Part shown: positions 59,935 to 64,000 of the stretch, piece after piece
How the letters are laid out: the number at the start of each line of letters is the position of its first letter
How positions within the stretch are numbered: position 1 is the stretch's first letter
From: Macrostomum lignano
Taxonomy: Eukaryota
Assembly: GCA_002269645.1 (NCBI GenBank)
Contig: NIVC01001651.1
Location: 191,228 to 255,227 of the forward strand
DNA length: 64,000 nt
Reading direction: 5' to 3'
Notes under the pieces: generated by a model
Seen by the model: only the letters and a program-made list of their open reading frames with translations
Told to the model about the DNA's origin: nothing
Database searches by the model: none
Program-made: the position numbers and the translations under genes

Positions 59935-61870
59935 CTTTCCGTGCCGGGGATTCCTGGGACCAACCCGCTGATGAAGCCACGGTCGACGCATGGCGTACTT
60001 TTCGGGACGACTTTGCCAACATAGACCGTATAACGATGCCTCGTCGCTGCGTCTCAGATCGCTCGGAGCCCTGCCGACTGGTCATCTTTAGCGATGGTTC
60101 ACAGAGGGCTTATGGTTTTACTGTCTATCTGTACCAGCATGTGGGTGACAATGTGAACGCGACACTTCTCTACGCTAAGGCACGCCTCGTTCAAATTGGT
60201 AAGAAGCATCTCCACATTACTACACCTCGCATTGAACTGTGGGCTGCTCTGGTCGCCACTCGTGCTACAGCACTCCTTCGAGATATGCTCACCTCAACTC
60301 TTAACATCGTGAGCATTACCCACTACATCGATAGCCAGATAGTCCTCTACTGGCTCCATCGCGATGCCAAATCGGACAAGCTTCGCCCATACGAGCGTCA
60401 CCGCGTTCAGATCATGAATTCCGGTCACGAATGATCGCCGATATGTACCAACCGCACTGAACCCAGCAGACCACTGCACAAAGCCACTGACGCTCTCTCA
60501 GCTTCTTCGATCGGACTTTCATCGTGGACCAGAGTTCCTCCGCAAAAAGTACACGGACTGGCCGTCTTGGATTCCGCAAAGACACGATATTGACTCGACG
60601 GACTTGGACGCATTTCCACTGCTCTCGCGCACCAAGGCCGAGATGCCTGTCACTAACGCTCTCTTGTCCGTCACGGAAGAGGTAGTTGCTCTACCTCCGG
60701 GTGGCATGGACATCTCCAGATTTAGCCGCCTCACTACGCTGCTCGGGGCTACCGCCTATGTTGTCCGGTTCGCGACACGCAGTAAAATCACTGGCATTCC
60801 TCACGCAACGGAGCGCGACACTGCTCTGCTCCGTTGGGTCAAGTTCGTTCAACTTAACCGTTTTTTGGAAGTTGTAATCGCTCTTCAATCAAACCGGCCT
60901 GGGACCTGTCGAATAATTCATCAACTAGCGCTCTTTCTGGACTCAAATGGTTACGTCCGACTTGGGTCTCGCATGGCAAACGCCACCCTTGATGCCGCCA
61001 CCGTTTTTCCGCTACTCATGCCGACAGACAGCTACCTGACCCGTCTTCTCATTCTACACATTCACGAGCAAGAAGTGCACGCGTCTGCTCGCACCGTCCT
61101 CGGTCGTCTGAGGGAACGTTTCTGGATTCTCCGCAGACTCTCTACGATACGCGGTGTTCTTAAGAATTACCTTCCCTGCCACAGGTTCCACATTGCCGCG
61201 CCCACCACCTGGCCTGCTACCTCCTGAGCGCCTCGACTTCACTCAGCCCGCGTTCAATTCCATCCTTGTCGACCAGCTGGGTCTGATTCATACATTCGAA
61301 CCAAAGACTGCGGCCAGTGCCAAGCGCTGGGCTCTCGTTATCTTTTGCACTACAAGCCGTGCCGTACATCTGGAGTACCTGAATGACTACTCCGGCGATG
61401 CCGTGCTTCGAGCCTTCGAGCGGTTTTTGGCTCGACGTAGCCTCACTGAGGGTACCATCTTCCTCGACCAGGCTCCTGCGTTTCAATCCGCCGCCAAAGC
61501 CATAGGCTCGCTTCTCACACCTATTTTCCAGCACAAGTTATACCCAGACCTGCAACCCTTCGCCGCTGCCAAACAGCTACGCTTCAAATTTGCACCGGTT
61601 CGCGCGCCTTGGCACCAGGGGACCGTTGAAAGAATGGTCGCTCTTATCAAATCTAGCATTCGCTCCGCACTGTGGCGCCGCCGGATCTGTGACGACGGGC
61701 TGCAAACGCTTTTGTGCAGAGTCGAAGCACAACTGAACTCACGACCTTAACTGCCCTCAGCAATGATCCCGACGACCTACGCCCTCTGACCCCAGCCAGC
61801 ATAGAAGCGCAAAATCGCAGACTGGACAGCGCATTCGAGACTATTAATGAGCGTTTTATCACAATCAAAT
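59935..61870 (+). mobile_element. BEL/Pao LTR-retrotransposon pol remnant (RNase H-like and integrase)
   Basis: LVIFSDGSQRAYG...LLYAKARLV...TTPRIELWAAL; LILHIHEQEVH; FCTTSRAVHLE...AFERFLARR; APWHQGTVERMVALIK; LNSRP. Frameshifted. Confidence 0.88.
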
Positions 61871-62894
61871 TGAGTCCCCTCGGTCTAAACGGCCCCGCGC
61901 ACTATATCTTCCTATAAAGTTGACTTTATCTGGACTTTATCTGAGTTGAAAATATCTGGAATCTATTGATACTCTCTGTTGTTCGTGACTGTTTAGCCGC
62001 CCCCCCCAGAGTGTCGGGAACGGCTTTGTCCCTCCAAATATTTCGCGTATTGCAGCTTTTCAAGAGGCCCTTCAATGTATGATTTAATGTTAACAGATCT
62101 GCAACGCAAACCGCAATTATTAAAGCATGTCAATTTCAATCAATATTATCGCTTAAAGTTACATGTTCAGCACCTTTTGCGCCGCCCCCCCCAATCTGTC
62201 GGATTCTTATCCTCCAATGTTTCCCTTTAATCTGCAGCCTTGCGCTTTAAGTTCAAACTCAGTTGTGTCTTACTCAATTAATAGTCTATGGCACCCGTAC
62301 AGACCGCAGCTCAGCCCGCCTCAAATCAATCACATCTTTAATATTTGGCAGTCGACACGCTGGTGCGCCGTAACAACATTGTACCTGGTACGATCGAGGC
62401 GGCATACTTTTGGCAGCCAGTAGCTATAAGCTCCTGCGTAGTGTCATACTCAACAACAGAAAACAGACCGTGGCAGAAAACATTCGAGGCAGAAAACATT
62501 CTGCCTGAACAGAATGGAAAAACGGCTGGCGCAGTTAAAGCGGTCAGAAGGTTCGGACGATTCGGTTCACCCTCTCCCTCGAGACCTCAATTCCTTTCTC
62601 CTCTCTTCTTTTTCTTCCTCTTTATTACCACCCCATTTCTCATGTGAGTGCATGTTCCTTCGCGATGCATTTAAATAAGTGCAGCTTTTAAATAAACGTG
62701 TTTTTACAAATAATTAAATAAAAATATTAGTCAAGTTTTATTTTCTTATATTAATAATGTTTCAAATTTTGTCAGTTATACAAGATAGTGTTATATATTA
62801 GTTGTGACATGTGATTGACGAAAAATTATGTACCTTAGCTACTTCATACATGCAGTCTGGAGTGCTGTAAAAGTAACTATAGCAGCAATATCAA

Positions 62895-64000
62895 TATTGA
62901 TGGTATTCAACTAAAGGCATTCATTTGTGATTCACCTGCTCGGAGCCTATTAATGTGTACTAAGTATCCAACTGGTTATAGTAGTTGTGATAAATGCCAT
63001 GTTTTGGTGAATATGATGAAAAGAGGAATGTGTCATTTTCCTAACTTGGATGCTCCATTACGTACTGATGAAACATTTCGAAGTCAAGCTGATGAAAACC
63101 ATCATAATTCAGAGTCATCTTTTTAAACTGCAATGCACTGGATATGGTCAAATCTTTTCCTCTTGATGTATTACATGTTGCATACCTTGGAGTGATGCGA
63201 CGTATGATGCACTTCTGGATTAAGGGAAATGCATATGCTGTTCGACTTCCATATTCATGATTGAGCAATTGACAGCAAACATGAAGTCTTTGCAGGAATG
63301 TACTCCATCAGAGTTTACCCGAAGGCCTCGTGGATTCAATGAGCTCTGTTATTAGAAAGGCACTGAATATCGATCATTTAGTCTTTATTTTGGAATTGTG
63401 GTTCTGAAAGATGCCAGAGTTCCCAATAAGCTTTATCACCACTTTCTGCTATTCCATGTTGCTATGCATCATATCTGTGGCAAATCAGCAAAAGCCAATG
63501 CAACAGCTGCACAGGAAATTCTGCGTAACTTTTTCAGTACTTCATCATCATTGTATGGAGATGGATTTTGTTACCAACATTGCTCATAGCCTTATTCATC
63601 TTTCAGAATGAATGTGTTACTTTTGGTCTGCCGATAGTTTCTCTTCCTTTAGATTTGAAAATTATCTGAAAGTTCTAAAAACCGTCTTTGTAGTGGCAAT
63701 CAAGTTATTGCTCAGTTACACAATCGAATGCAAGAACTGCTGCAGACTAATGCTTTGAATGAGCAGCACAAGAACCAACCCAGCTCATTAAAGGCGAATA
63801 CAAAGGATGGTTTTATTATAACCGTGTCTAGGCAGATCTGCTTGATTCAAGAATGTCTACCAACAGGGTATATTGTTAAGCAATTTCAATCAAAGTCCGA
63901 CTTTTATATAGTGCTATTGCTAGCTCCTTGCTGAATTTTTCTTCTAGTTTGACCAGTCTTAGCCAGCCATTCAGTTAATACTCGGATGTAATAGAAAAAG
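62895..64000 (+). pseudogene. CMC (CACTA/Mirage-like) transposase remnant, running off the window
   Basis: AFICDSPARSLL...GYSSCDKC; LRTDETFRSQ; FPLDVLHVAYLGVMRRMM; PSEFTRRPRG; KGTEYR; YHHFLLFHVAM; HSLIHL; SSFRFENYL. Several stops and frameshifts. Confidence 0.8.

Overview
Eukaryotic, repeat-dominated window, probably from an invertebrate animal: GT-AG introns, RasGRP-like and SARAF genes, BEL/Pao, Gypsy and RTE elements, tRNA-derived SINEs. The main discovery is a compact 9,410-bp Polinton/Maverick-like element (2813-12222). It has 895-bp terminal inverted repeats (TIRs), ACTACT...AGTAGT termini and a perfect 6-bp target-site duplication (TSD), GTGGTC. It encodes a protein-primed DNA polymerase B (pPolB) split by six spliceosomal introns, three of them within catalytic motifs A, B and C. 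It also encodes a PC4-like protein and an acidic orphan protein. I found no integrase, capsid, packaging ATPase or stand-alone protease. It is inserted at codon 9 of a PHD-finger/FLYWCH-like ORF. A second large element (15925-26792) has TIRs of about 1.9 kb or more that contain satellite repeats, a 7(8)-bp TSD and a multi-exon KDZ (Kyakuja-Dileera-Zisupton) transposase gene. The rest comprises hAT-type MITEs, LTR remnants with tRNA-Leu primer-binding sites, two RTE fragments, a BEL/Pao pol remnant, a CMC-type transposase remnant with a nearby CIDE-N-domain ORF, the host genes, unknown genes and many tandem repeats. All calls were made by eye, with no database search. Boundaries not fixed by a TSD or splice site are approximate.
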